Origin: Octopus sinensis
Lineage: Eukaryota
DNA: 64,000 nucleotides
Assembly (NCBI RefSeq): GCF_006345805.1
Contig: NC_043004.1
Coordinates: 23,374,001 to 23,438,000 of the forward strand
Direction: 5' to 3'
Shown piece after piece: positions 53,001 to 61,921 of this stretch. The translations under genes and the position numbers were made by a program. Position 1 is the first letter of the stretch; each line of letters opens with the position of its first letter. A model generated the notes under the pieces. The model worked only from the letters and a program-made list of their open reading frames with translations, was not told where the DNA came from and ran no database searches.

Positions 53001-55202
53001 ACCAATGAACAAAAAGAGAATTAAAATTTTGTTACACAGCATAATTTGTGTGTTGGGGATGAGGTGGGATGATCAATTACGGGAGATAACTCCAAACATG
53101 TCTCATTTTATTGCCAGAGGTTAAAAGTCAAAATTGAAACAATTTATTGCTATTTTTTAAACGTTATTATATCTATTTTTACATAACTAAGAAATTATTT
53201 TAAATTAATTTTCAGCTTTGAAAATTCATGTGAGTCCGCATACAAAATCTGTTTTAGACATATTTGGAACTTTTGATTTAGAATTGCGTGGAGCTGTTGA
53301 AATGAAGGTAAGTCTACTTCAAAGATTCTCCTAATTCAAATACTTTCGCATCTTGAATTAATTTTATTTAAATTATTATATTGCAATACTAGCTTAAGGT
53401 GACCTGCTCTACATGCGGGTGAGGGTGTGGTTGTTACTTTCTATTGTTTCTTTTCTGTTTCTTATCACCACATTCTCCCTCTTTGTTTCTCTCTCCTTTC
53501 TCTCTCACTTTCCCACTCTCTTACTCTTCCTTTCTCTTGGACTCTCCCTCACTTTCTCTTACTCTCTATCTTTCTCTATCTATCTCTCTCCCATTTATAA
53601 AAAACAAAAGATCTTGAGTAAGTTGAGAAAGAAAATATTTTGAAAGATCAATCATAAATATCAGGCAGTGACAACAGAAAACACAGTTGCCTTTTGTATG
53701 TGCCACTATTTGGGTGATTAAAAATAAGGGAAAAAATGGATTTCTTTGTTAAATTTAGTACTTTTTCAATGATTGACCATGAAAATGAAAGCTCTAAACA
53801 TGGGCTACATGCAGCTGTAAATTTCTTTCAGAAAAAATGAAAACTGTAAACAATAAAAAATAAAAGACAAAAATATGTAAAAATGAGAAATTTTTTTCAA
53901 CTTAAAAAATCTTGCCTTAATTTTTAAAATTTCAAATCCATTTTCCACACTTAAGTTACAAATCCGCTTCCACTTTACCATGTTGAAAATTTGATTGAAG
54001 TTGGGCAAAAGGTATCCAATCTAGACCTCCAAGTGTCCCCAAAATTCAATAAAATCTCCCAATCAATTTCTCACCTTAAGTTACCTCTTCCTGTAAATTT
54101 TAATCCCCTTCCAGCCCCATTTAGACCCCTTTTTACATAAAAATCCAATTTGTATCAACGTTTGCCTTCTTCATTTTATAGATTAGATTTATTACATTTG
54201 ACAAAATGATCACTAATGTTTTATGACACAGACTATATAGTGTCTATTTTAACTTGTTTCAGTCACTGGGCTGTAGCCATGCTGGGGCACCACCTTAAAT
54301 AGTTTAGTCAAATAAATTGACCCCTGTACTTATTCTTTTAAAGTGTGATACTTATTCTATCAGCCTCTTTTGCTGAACTGCTAAGTTATAGGTACATCAT
54401 CAAATCAGGACAGTTGTTACGCAGTGGTGGGTGACAAACACAAACAAGGACATACATACACTTCTGTGTGTGTATGTGTGTGCACGCACATGTCTAATTA
54501 TATTTGTATTTGTTATATGACAGGTTTCTTTCAGTTTCTGTCTACGAAATACACCCACTAGGCTTTGATCAACCTAGGGCTATAGTAGAAGACTCTTGAC
54601 TGAGGTGCTGCACAGTAAAAGTAAAACCCAACTCCACAAAGTTGAGAAGCAAGCTTCTTAATTACACAGCTATGATTGCACCTATGTGTGTTGCACGTTA
54701 TTTAATAGTAAATAGTAATTATAATCATAACCGAGTAACAGAACATGTGTATGTGTGGAGGGGCTATTGTTTAGCCCCTGGACTAACCTGGAGATAAAAG
54801 AACATGCTTTATATAAATCTAGAACAATCTTGTCCAATGAGTTAGTATTTTTCAAGTTGGTTAAGTGTGATTTGAAAAAGATTTGGCTACTATTTGTAGC
54901 AGGTTTGAGTAACTGTGGCAAAGTCTGGTAGTAGCAGTTAATTGAGTAGCAAAATGGTCTTTTATAAGAAACAAGAAGAACATTCGAGAAAATCATATCA
55001 TGCCATGCCAGAGCCGCACACTGATTGGTTGATTACAAGATCAGTCATATGAATCTGTAATGGTTTGCTCATGGTGTTTAATCAGTTATCCAGCAGCTAG
55101 GGTTTTGAATCACTTCTACACATGCATTGTTCTCATATAAAAGTGAGATATATATATGCATACACTTTGACACACCTATATGTATATATATGTATATTTA
55201 TT

Positions 55203-55233
<31 letters not shown>

Positions 55234-55292
55234 CTTACGTTTATGTGTGTGTGTGTGAGAATATATATATATATATATGTATACATAGATAC

Positions 55293-55345
<53 letters not shown>

Positions 55346-58300
55346 TAAATATAAATATAAACGGCAGTGCATCAGCATGGCCGCAGCTCTGAGCTGAAAG
55401 TAGGCAAAAAAAAATGTATATATATATATAATATATATATACACACACACACACATACATATATACATACATTCATGCATACATACATACATACATAAAT
55501 ATAATACAGACACACACATACATATATCATTGTCATCATAGTTTAATGTCTGTTTTCCATGATGGCATGGGTTGGACAGTTTGACCTGGAACTGGCCAGC
55601 TGGGGAATTGTCCAGACTCCAATTGTCTGTTGTGGCATGGTTTCTATGGTTGGATGCCCTTCCTAACACCAACCACTTAACAGAATGTGTTGGGTGCCTC
55701 TTACATTACTCCGTCATGGGTGTGTTTATGCAGCACTGGCATGGATGTCTTTTATGTAGCACTAGCCCCTGAAAGGACAAGCTTGTATGTATACACACAC
55801 AAACACACACACACACACACACACATGCACATATATCTCAAGGTGGTGCTCCAGTATGGCTGCAGCCAGGTGACTGAAACAAGCGAAACAATACATATAT
55901 ACATGCATATATATCTGTATATGGGTGTATGTATGTAACACGTGGCTTCTTCATAGTTTTCATTATTAAATTTCACTCATATCAACCACTTGTATGGTAG
56001 AAGATGCTTTACAAAGGTATCATGCAATAGAATTGAACCTGGAGTCCTGTGGTTATAAAGTGAACCCATACTTGTTCTGACCTTTTTAACTCACGTTTCT
56101 CTTTTTTCCACCAGTTTCTCTCTCTCACTTTCTCCCCTTCTGTATTTCTCCCCCTCTCTCTGTCTCTTTTGCTCACTTTTCCTCACTCTCTCTCTCTCTT
56201 GCTACCTCTCTGTGTTTTTAAATATATTAGAAAAAGCTAAGCAGTCATTTACCATTTACAACTTTTCAAGCAACGTTCTCTCTAAAGAATTCAGGTTTTA
56301 TTTCTGATTGCGAATCTTACTTGAGGTTAAATCCAGCTTATAGAGACTCATTTTGAAAACACTTTGTATTTCTCTCTTGTTTGAGCTTTTAAATGTCAGT
56401 TGCTGGACAGGAATAGCCAAACTGTCTGACAGTTAACCATTTCCTCATTGATTTTTTTTGACTCAGGCCACAGATCATGTGTTTAGAATACTGTAGTATG
56501 AAAATAAATAAATTAGTGAATAAATCTTGGGGGTAAATTAGTTTCATTCCCTTATTTTTATGAAAGAGTTGCAAATTCTGTTGAGGGGAATTAAACTGTC
56601 AACATGCTAAATTTACGATCAGGTTTCCATTTTCATCTGAAGTCATTTTATTACTTTTTGTATTGCCAATAACTTAGCATTTTATGTATGCACATGTGTG
56701 TGTGTGTGTGTGTGTGTTTGTGTATGTGAGTATCTTTTATCTTTTACTTGTTTCAGTCATTAGACTGTGGCCATGCTGGTGCATTACCTTGAACTATTTG
56801 TTTTAGTCAAATGAATCAATGTCTGTACACATTTTTTTGCTAAACCTGATACTTAGTTTTTTTTTCTGGCAAACTGCTAAGTTATGAAGATGTAAACACA
56901 CCAACACCGATTGTCAAATGGTGGTGTGGGACAAACACAGATACAAAGAGACACACACACACATATATATATATATTTATGTAGCCTGAGGACGTTTCTT
57001 CTGCAATATGTGGTGCCTTTGATTTCATTACATTGTTTCCCATGTACTAAGGAGCAGAAGTAAGCTGAAATGATCTTTGTCCTAAATAAAGTTTACAGTA
57101 CACTTTATCTTCCATATTAATCATTTAAAATATATATATATATGATGGGGTTCTTTCAGTTTCTGCCTACCAAATCCACTCATAAGGCTTTGGTATATAT
57201 ATATGTATTTATGTTTTTGTGTCTGAGTTTGTCTCCCCACCATCGCTTGACAACCGATCTTGGTGTGTTTACATTCCCTTAACATTAGTGTTTTGGCAAA
57301 AGAGAGCCAATAGAATAAGTACTAGGCTTACAAAGAATAAGTCTTGAGGTCAATTTCTTCAACTAAAATACCCTTAAAGGCAGTGCTCTAGCATGGCTGC
57401 AATCAAATGACTGAAACGTGTAAAAGAATATAGATATATATTATTGACTGCACATACTCGGTGTATATGTTTTGTTTGTACAAACATACATATAAAAACA
57501 TGTGTGCAGACTACAAATACATAGAGCTGAATATGTTGCATAAAAGGTAGATAAATAAGAGATTTTTATGGAAATTAACAAAGTGAATGGGTTCAAGTGA
57601 AAGAATGCCAAACTATCTCATACTGAATATTTAAATTTGTGAACTTGAAATATTCAATAATAATGGAAGTTCTGAAAACTTAAATTTATAAAAAATGTCA
57701 CTTGCTTAGTAAATATTTCTTCCAGTAATTTATCGTAGTTGTAATATATCTGTAATTTAAATAAACTTCAAGGTAACCCTAGCACATTTAGTGTGCTAGA
57801 AATAGCAGCAATCACATAATTATTATTGTAAGAGCCATTCCAACAAAATCGCTTCTTAATTTATTTTTAAAGAATTATACTGGTATATTAAAAAATTTTC
57901 ATTCTATAAAAAAGAAGCCTGAAAGTTATACAGCTGTTTTGTCTAATAGCATTCATTCATTCAATAGATAATTTGTTTACATTATGTATATAGAATAAAC
58001 TGTGGCTTTTGCAAATAGTGAATTAAAACTTGAAATGAAAACATTAAAATGAATATATATTAAATTATCATTAATGAAAATGGAGGTGAGAGAGATAGTG
58101 AGAGACTTGCAAGTGAAAATGGAAAATTTCACCTGCAATGAATAAATATTGTTTATTAAATCTACTCCGCATGAATGCAATATTTAAATTTGTAGTTTAA
58201 ATATTCAATAAACTACAGAAATTGAAATTACAGGAAATTTCATGGAACATGAATTTATCAAAAAATTTCCAGATGGTCAAGCCTTTAGTAATAACTGTTA

Positions 58301-58958
58301 CATTTTGCTGGTTTACTTGCTTAAGGCAGTCCATCTTGACAGATGATGACATCTTTGATCCTTATAGGTTGTCCTGATAGCATTGGCAGGCCCTCTAGTG
58401 ACTGAAAAAGCTGATTCTAGAGGCACATGTCCGATTACACTGAGAGCAGCAAAGAGTGCTCCGACAAAGATGTGCTCGTCTAGGATTTTGCTGACATTCC
58501 TTGAGCTGTCTCCACTTTTCTTCGTGAAGTCTCGTCCGCTTATTCTCAAAATGCTGCGTACCAGTTTTGACCATACCCCTCTAGGTAGTACGGTCAAAGG
58601 CCAGTGTTTCAAGTTCACCAGGGGGGGATGTTGCAGAGCTTCAGGGATTTCTTGAGATGATCTTTATATCGCTTCTTGTAACTGTTACATACCTAATTAA
58701 TAAACAGCTTTCTCCATTATAATATAGATTATCTGTCTTCATGTCCTGGTGGTGAGCTGGCAAAATTATTAGCACATTAGATGAAATACTTGGTGGTATT
58801 TCACTCGTCTCTACCTTCTAAGTTCAAATTCTGCCAAGGTCAACTTTGCCTTTCATCCTTTCAGGGTCAATAAATTAAGTACCAGTGAAACACTGGGGTC
58901 AATGAAATCGACTATACCTTCCCCCAAATTTCAGGCCTTGTGCCTATAATAGACAGGA

Positions 58959-59010
<52 letters not shown>

Positions 59011-60157
59011 CCTCATCATTGAGTGAGAGTGCAGTGCATGCCATCAAAGTGACACTGGGATAAAATATATGAAGCCTAGTATACCCATGATGACTGCCCA
59101 TCTGATAAGGGTACACCAGGTACATGCATCACAACTATATGTGTACGACATGGTGATCTCATATCAAGATAAACAGCGCATGATCTTGCAGGTGAGGACC
59201 AGATAGAATTTCCTTCAGGTCGAGTACCCCATCCCACTCAAAAGGTCCCTGAATAATTATTACCTCCACCTTAGTGGAGGTTTTGTTTTCAGTTGTGTTT
59301 GTTTGTTTGTTTGTTTGTCCATGAACAAGATATATCAAGAGCTGCTGGATGGATTTGGATGAAACTTTTAGGGATGTTTGCCCTCATAACTGGCACAAAC
59401 TAATTAGATTTTGGGATCAATCTGGTACCAGACAAGGATTCTGGATTATTTTTCCTATTTTTTAATCTAATTTTTGAGAGCAGTTGGGTTCATTTTTAGT
59501 ATTCTTGTTTGTGAGAACAGTCAAGTTTATTTCAGATATTCTCATTTTAAAAATCATCTCTGGCTAATCATTTAGAGGACGTTGGTGTTGCCATGGCAGA
59601 GGTTTGTGTTCTCTGAGTGCTCTTGTTTATTGTTGTTAAGGCAATGAGTTCACAGAATCCTTATCATACTGGGCAAAATGCTTAGTGGCATTCTACCCTA
59701 CTTTAAATTATATAAGTTCAAATTCCACAGTGGTTCACTTTGCCTTTCATCCTTTGAGGGTCAATAAAATAAGTACCAATTAATAACTGGAGTTGGTGTT
59801 ATTGATAAGCCTCCTCCAAAATCTATCCCCCTGTCAAAAAATGCTGGACCTATGCCAAAGTTTGAAACCATTATTATTATTATTATCATTTAGGCAGCAA
59901 GCTGGCAGAATCGTTAGCATGCTGGATAAAATGCTTAGCGGTATTTCATTCATTTTTACATTCTGAGTTCTGATTCTGCCAAGGTCAACTTTACTTTTCA
60001 GGATTGTTTTATCATTTTGGGGTCGACTTTGCCTTTCAGGATCATTTCATCCTTTTGAGGTTGATAAAGTACATACCAGTTGTGTACTGGGGATAATGTA
60101 ATTGACTTATTCCTTCGCCTAAAATTGATGGCCTTGTGCTGAAATTTGAAACCGTTA

Positions 60158-60203
<46 letters not shown>

Positions 60204-60646
60204 CATTATTATCAAAGGAAGGCGGTGAACTGGCAGAATCATTAACACTCCATGTAAAATTCTTAGTCGCATTTCATCTGTCTGCATGTTCTGAGTTCAA
60301 ATTCTGTTGAGGCCAACTTTGCCTTACATCTATTCAGGGTCACAAAAAAATGTACCAGTCAAGTACTGGGGTCAATGTAATTGACTTATCCCCCTCCTTG
60401 GCCTTGTACCTATAGTAGAAATTTTTATTATTATTATTATTAAAATCGTTAATTAAATGACTGAAAATCATGTTTTCTATGTTCCAGTATATCATTGTAT
60501 GCCCCTTATACTAAATGCTATTTTGTGTTTTATTTTGTTTCTAGGGTAAAGGAAGCGTAACCACATACTGGTTAAGGGGAGAGATCCAGCCAGATGGCAC
60601 CAAAACAGAAGCCATTCCATCACAACCAACGATAACAGAGGCTTAA
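3024..60646 (+). CDS. NPR1: Receptor guanylyl cyclase, NPR1/NPR2 (atrial natriuretic peptide receptor)-like; 5'-partial, 8 coding exons in window
   Basis: Spliced manually: (E)[326 protein letters not shown]. All introns GT-AG with compatible phases. Symbol means NPR1-like; one-to-one orthology is not established. Confidence 0.96.
3383..3557. mobile_element. Solo LTR (175 bp) with 5-bp target-site duplication
   Basis: TGTT...AACA termini flanked by GATAG on both sides (3378-3382, 3558-3562); CpG-rich relative to flanks. Confidence 0.75.
3574..3697. repeat. (CATA)n/(CA)n microsatellite
   Basis: Direct reading. Confidence 0.95.
3758..3988 (+). mobile_element. Degenerate restriction-like endonuclease of an R4/Dong (R2-group) non-LTR retrotransposon
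   Basis: [35 protein letters not shown]...[11 protein letters not shown] matches the (R)PDIVV..D/E-x-S-C-P...K..EK..KY/IY pattern; the TAG stops fall where Trp is expected. Confidence 0.65.
4030..5135 (+). mobile_element. 5'-truncated CR1-clade LINE (RT C-terminal half, 3' UTR, (ATT)n tail)
   Basis: [34 protein letters not shown]; one in-frame stop (4771) then [14 protein letters not shown] to TGA 4933-4935; ATT tail. Confidence 0.93.
5490..5670 (+). mobile_element. Family-B SINE
   Basis: gctggcagaatc..ggttcaaattc..aagtaccagttgag..ggccttgtgcctatag. Confidence 0.7.
5687..6241 (-). mobile_element. Unclassified ~555-bp retroposon (family E), copy 1, flanked by (TAA)n
   Basis: Homologous to 6268-6821, 52320-52830 and 59019-59255; TTA arrays on both sides; orientation inferred from the truncation pattern. 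Confidence 0.75.
6268..6821 (-). mobile_element. Family E retroposon, copy 2 (tandem with copy 1)
   Basis: Same termini as copy 1; separated from it only by a TTA array. Confidence 0.75.
7242..7391 (+). CDS. NPR1: Guanylyl cyclase exon (linker/coiled-coil dimerisation helix), 150 nt
   Basis: cag acceptor; [24 protein letters not shown]...LLYSMLP; AA|gtgagt donor. Confidence 0.96.
7696..7945. repeat. (GAT)n trinucleotide microsatellite
   Basis: Direct reading; source of the poly-D/poly-M/poly-S/poly-I ORFs. Confidence 0.95.
8205..8527 (+). mobile_element. Family-C tRNA-derived SINE, older copy
   Basis: A box tggcttagtgg, B box agttcaattcc, gtgtccttgagcaag, body shared with 42930-43323. Confidence 0.75.
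10578..10790 (-). mobile_element. 3' UTR fragment of RTE LINE (family D) with (GAT)n tail; further copies at 864-905, 16845-17090 (-), 18635-18808 (+), 55530-55770 (-)
   Basis: catcatcgtttagtgtccg..gctagcatgggttggacgg..ggatgcccttcctaacgccaacc; at 40075-40410 the same sequence follows the RTE ORF end. Confidence 0.75.
11692..11815 (+). CDS. NPR1: Guanylyl cyclase exon (start of catalytic domain), 124 nt
   Basis: tccttttcaag acceptor; [12 protein letters not shown] carries the first metal-binding Asp; CAA|gtaagt donor. Confidence 0.96.
11997..12390 (+). mobile_element. Dimeric family-B SINE
   Basis: Head plus two bodies joined at gaaataggtattt; same junction at 19225-19640 and 20710-21090. 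Confidence 0.8.
12720..14220 (+). mobile_element. Penelope-like remnant: GIY-YIG C-terminus, CA-rich expanded pLTR, decayed hammerhead, tail
   Basis: [12 protein letters not shown] at ~12925-12960 resembles the L..L.P.GLN end of PLE endonucleases; 14083-14215 aligns with the tail at 46429-46555. Confidence 0.5.
14865..15017 (+). ncRNA. Hammerhead-ribozyme-like motif inside a 36-bp inverted repeat
   Basis: CTGATGA 14926-14932, CGAAAC 14965-14970, GTT triplet; stem I agcgt/actct; arms 14865-14899 and 14982-15017. Confidence 0.5.
15030..15390 (+). mobile_element. Family-A tRNA-derived SINE (5'-clipped)
   Basis: B box ggttcagtccc, CORE-like cttgggcaagtg, microsatellite spacer, tail ..gactgaaacaagtaaaagag. 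Confidence 0.85.
15393..15665. repeat. (TA)n/(TG)n compound microsatellite
   Basis: Direct reading. Confidence 0.9.
17534..17655 (-). ncRNA. Hammerhead-like motif in probable inverted pLTR of the Naiad-type element
   Basis: Minus strand CTGATGA (17645-17639)...CGAAACAGCTGTA (17560-17548); palindromic stem III; stems I and II are degenerate. Confidence 0.45.
17790..18635 (+). mobile_element. Penelope-like element RT fragment, Naiad/Chlamys-type
   Basis: [70 protein letters not shown] match the Naiad GLYRDD / KPN..SNHP / RNIIWFNPP series; frameshifted. Confidence 0.8.
18933..19001 (+). CDS. NPR1: Guanylyl cyclase exon, 69 nt
   Basis: tttcatctccag acceptor; [23 protein letters not shown]; AAG|gtaagc donor. 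Confidence 0.96.
19225..19640 (+). mobile_element. Dimeric family-B SINE
   Basis: As 11997-12390. Confidence 0.8.
20710..21090 (+). mobile_element. Dimeric family-B SINE
   Basis: As 11997-12390. Confidence 0.75.
22036..22325. mobile_element. MITE with ~73-bp TIRs (GGATCTTT family variant)
   Basis: ggatctttactcattgaacggcagatcgagaaatt.. / ..aatttctcgatctgccattcaaagggaaaagatct. Confidence 0.8.
23866..24401 (-). mobile_element. 5'-truncated RTE-X-type LINE with 10-bp TSD
   Basis: [41 protein letters not shown]; (GAT)n tail; TSD agatccctgt at 23856-23865 and 24402-24411. Confidence 0.9.
25060..25270 (-). mobile_element. Family-B SINE nested in Helitron
   Basis: Reverse complement of the family-B core (aaaggatgaaaggcaaagtcg..gaatttgaactcag). 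Confidence 0.8.
25793..27655 (+). mobile_element. RTE (BovB-like) LINE reverse transcriptase, truncated at both ends; ORF 25994-27604
   Basis: [63 protein letters not shown]; frameshift near 25995 and stops at 27602 and 27614. Confidence 0.95.
27656..27850 (+). mobile_element. Family-A SINE 3' half
   Basis: gtttgtcccc..cttgacaaccgatgctgg..gactgaaacaagtaa. Confidence 0.85.
28440..29330 (-). mobile_element. Possible second non-autonomous Helitron (5' part)
   Basis: Minus-strand tctaatctttctaataatgctgaaag start followed by a GA-rich tract like 23140-23650; no 3' CTAG end found. Confidence 0.35.
29745..30590 (-). mobile_element. hAT transposase C-terminal fragment (dimerisation domain)
   Basis: [22 protein letters not shown] and [52 protein letters not shown]; frameshifted. 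Confidence 0.88.
30602..30950. mobile_element. MITE, GGATCTTTTCG family (internally deleted)
   Basis: TIRs ggatcttttcgttttgaccggcagat / atctgccggtcaaagcgaaaagatcc. Confidence 0.85.
30955..31054 (+). mobile_element. hAT (Tip100-like) element terminus
   Basis: G-rich subterminal blocks ending gtacgccactg (reverse complement of CAGTGGCGTAC). Confidence 0.5.
31626..32030 (-). mobile_element. Non-autonomous Helitron 3' part
   Basis: a|ctagctgaccctgtgccgtcaaaaatgaaggc: CTAG end with subterminal hairpin; 5' end not located. Confidence 0.45.
32133..33152. mobile_element. Nested TIR elements: outer 25-bp TIR element containing an ~880-bp GGATCTTTTCG-family element with ~240-bp arms
   Basis: Outer ggcggaggtaaagaatacgcacacc / ggtgtgcgtattctttaccttcgcc; inner arms 32158-32397 and ~32800-33040; telomere-like cctaac tract 33075-33122. 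Confidence 0.8.
35000..35385 (-). mobile_element. Family-A SINE
   Basis: Reverse complement of family A. Confidence 0.8.
35629..35803 (+). CDS. NPR1: Guanylyl cyclase exon, 175 nt
   Basis: gttttcag acceptor; [10 protein letters not shown] (guanine-specifying Glu, second metal Asp)...LRIGIHTG; G|gtaagt donor. Confidence 0.97.
36975..37376 (-). mobile_element. Family-A SINE, well-preserved full-length copy
   Basis: Minus strand: A box tggctgtgtg, B box ggttcagtccc, CORE-like ccttgggcaagtg, tail; many CpGs retained. Confidence 0.9.
37990..38520 (+). mobile_element. Family-C SINE interrupted by a minus-strand family-B SINE (38140-38362, 14-bp TSD)
   Basis: TSD ccttgtcacattct 38126-38139 / ccttatcacattct 38363-38376. 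Confidence 0.8.
38625..39110 (+). mobile_element. Degenerate RTE RT fragment (same lineage as 25793-27655)
   Basis: [52 protein letters not shown]. Confidence 0.8.
40075..40410 (-). mobile_element. RTE LINE 3' end (ORF tail plus family-D 3' UTR)
   Basis: [24 protein letters not shown] followed by the family-D UTR and (GAT)n tail. Confidence 0.75.
41168..42020 (-). mobile_element. Chapaev3-like (Transib/RAG1-related) DNA transposon, 3' part
   Basis: [78 protein letters not shown]; terminus TAA|CACTGG at 41168. Superfamily name from memory. Confidence 0.7.
42930..43323 (+). mobile_element. Young full-length family-C SINE (tRNA-Arg-like head, probably octopus OR-type) with 13-bp TSD
   Basis: tggcccagtggttagggcagcggactcgcgatcataggatcgcggtttcgatccc resembles tRNA-Arg with A and B boxes; TSD atatgtagatgtg 42917-42929 / 43324-43336. 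Confidence 0.88.
46375..46555 (+). mobile_element. Penelope-like pLTR tail carrying a minimal hammerhead-like motif (46429-46464)
   Basis: cttt-CTGTAGAA-gaacgtaggctc-GAAACGTA-aaag; paralogue at 14083-14215. Confidence 0.55.
46597..46823. mobile_element. Tc1/mariner MITE
   Basis: TA|CAGGGTAGCCCAAA ... TTTTGGGCCACCCTG|TA. Confidence 0.85.
46853..47290 (+). mobile_element. Family-A SINE, full length
   Basis: ggcgtaggcatggctgtgtggtaagaagc head, (TG)n spacer, tail ..gaaacaagtaaaag. Confidence 0.88.
47480..47772 (+). mobile_element. CR1 3'-end fragment (same family as 4030-5135)
   Basis: [22 protein letters not shown] plus matching 3' UTR and ATT tail. Confidence 0.85.
47801..48819 (-). mobile_element. 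Head-to-tail dimer of non-autonomous Helitrons (47801-48313 and 48314-48819)
   Basis: Each unit reads TCTATATA...cccgagcaacgccgggcg hairpin...CTAG on the minus strand; junction CTAG|TC without spacer; flanked by A|...|T. Confidence 0.9.
49070..49510. repeat. (CAT)n/(GAT)n/(GGT)n trinucleotide arrays
   Basis: Direct reading. Confidence 0.85.
50116..50337. mobile_element. Mariner-type MITE 150 bp upstream of the 99-nt exon
   Basis: TA|CAAGGGTGTGCTGAAATGTTCCTGGCTT ... AAGCCAGAAGCTTTTCAGCACCCCC..CCTCA|TA. Confidence 0.75.
50487..50585 (+). CDS. NPR1: Guanylyl cyclase exon, 99 nt (phase 1-1)
   Basis: cttcag acceptor; [27 protein letters not shown]; C|gtaaga donor. Confidence 0.97.
50675..50965 (-). 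mobile_element. Family-A SINE
   Basis: Reverse complement of family A; starts ~90 nt after the exon donor. Confidence 0.75.
52396..52734 (-). mobile_element. 5'-truncated RTE LINE (second lineage) inserted into a family-E copy, 11-bp TSD
   Basis: [46 protein letters not shown]; TSD cagaggtgcac 52385-52395 / 52735-52745; family-E sequence resumes after the TSD. Confidence 0.88.
53216..53307 (+). CDS. NPR1: Guanylyl cyclase exon, 92 nt
   Basis: ttttcag acceptor; LKIHVS...[10 protein letters not shown]; AAG|gtaagt donor. Confidence 0.96.
53389..54182 (-). mobile_element. Non-autonomous Helitron 80 bp downstream of the 92-nt exon
   Basis: a|ctagc..acctgctctacatgcgggt hairpin at 3' end; ttcattttataga|t 5' end like 2573-2953. 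Confidence 0.6.
54248..54685 (-). mobile_element. Family-A SINE
   Basis: Reverse complement of family A. Confidence 0.75.
55150..55525. repeat. (GA)n/(TA)n/(CATA)n compound microsatellite
   Basis: Direct reading. Confidence 0.85.
56735..57425. mobile_element. Adjacent family-A SINE pieces: minus copy 56735-57195 (interrupted at ~56980-57130) and plus-strand tail 57215-57425
   Basis: Family A motifs on opposite strands. Confidence 0.7.
58300..58680 (-). mobile_element. RTE LINE 3' fragment with C-terminal C2H2 finger (third lineage)
   Basis: [17 protein letters not shown]/..[39 protein letters not shown]; frameshift in a C-run. Confidence 0.8.
59019..59255 (-). mobile_element. Family E, truncated copy abutting (ATT)n
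   Basis: gagtgagagtgcagtgcatgccatc..ggtccctgaat, then aattatta. Confidence 0.8.
59256..59627 (+). mobile_element. Helentron-associated (HINE-like) non-autonomous element
   Basis: ttattacctccaccttagtggaggttttgttttc..(gttt)n..ggatggatttggatgaaact..ggcagaggtttgtgttctctgagtgctcttgtt architecture. Confidence 0.6.
59640..60420 (+). mobile_element. Three successive family-B SINEs separated by (ATT)n, upstream of the last exon
   Basis: Family-B core three times; tails ..ggccttgtg..gaaacc. Confidence 0.75.
60545..60646 (+). CDS. NPR1: Guanylyl cyclase terminal coding exon with stop codon
   Basis: ttttgtttctag acceptor; [13 protein letters not shown]...TITEA-TAA. Confidence 0.93.
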   Translation, partial: GKGSVTTYWLRGEIQPDGTKTEAIPSQPTITEA

Positions 60647-60774
60647 CCTAAATGAAGATTATTATTATTATTATTATCATTGTTATTATTATTGTTATTA
60701 TTATCAATATTATTACTATTAATATAGATTACACCACCAAGCACCAATGTTTGTGTTTAAAGTTTTAATTTTGT

Positions 60775-61253
60775 CATGTGCAAGTGTTAGTGTGTGCGTA
60801 AGAGTGTGTGTATGTATGTGTATTTAATATACACACACATGTACACACACATATATATATGCATGCATACATACATACATCTGTATGTGTGTGTGTGTCC
60901 TCTTCCATCCTTTGACGAACTATATATATATATATTGTATGAATGAGGCTAATTGCATTCTTCACTGTAGGTAGTGAAGCATAACATGATATATACATGC
61001 ATATATACATACATACATACGTACATATATATACATACATATATATATATATAGTGTATGTGTGTGTGTTTGTATCTGCTTGTGTAGTTACACATTTGAA
61101 TATACTGGTGAACAACATAATTTATATTAGTTGATATTAAAATATATATCTAGTTAAATCTCTGCGTATGTATGTATACATATATATATAATATATATAT
61201 ATGTATATGTGTATATATATATATGTGTGTGTGTGTATATGTATATATATGTC

Positions 61254-61290
<37 letters not shown>

Positions 61291-61431
61291 ATATGTATAT
61301 ATATGTGTGTGTGTATATGTATATATATGTGTGTATATATGTGTGTGTGTATATATATATATGTATGTATATATATGTGTATGTATATATATGTATATAT
61401 ATATATATGTATGTATATGTATATATGTATG

Positions 61432-61462
<31 letters not shown>

Positions 61463-61756
61463 GTATGTATATATGTATATGTGTATATATATATGTATAT
61501 ATGTATATGTATATATATATATATGTATGTATATATGTGTATATATATATGTATATATGTATATGTATATACATATATATATGTGTGTATATATGTATAA
61601 TATATATGTATATATGTATATATATGTATGTATATATATATATATGTATGTATATGTATATATGTATGTATATATGTATGTATATATATATGTATGTATA
61701 TATGTATGTGTATATGTATATATGTGTATATATATATGTATATATGTATATGTATA

Positions 61757-61787
<31 letters not shown>

Positions 61788-61861
61788 ATATATGTATATA
61801 TGTATATGTATATACATATATATATGTGTGTATATATGTATAATATATATGTATATATATG

Positions 61862-61921
<60 letters not shown>

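Noticed and set aside
54700-55000. Possible Penelope GIY-YIG tail (..[11 protein letters not shown], minus strand)
   Set aside because: Similarity limited to a terminal GLN-like motif; too weak to call
57045-57095. Fourth hammerhead-like motif (ctaagga-gc..gc-tgaaatgatc)
   Set aside because: Core G5 and stem III pairing are broken; at most a dead PLE tail
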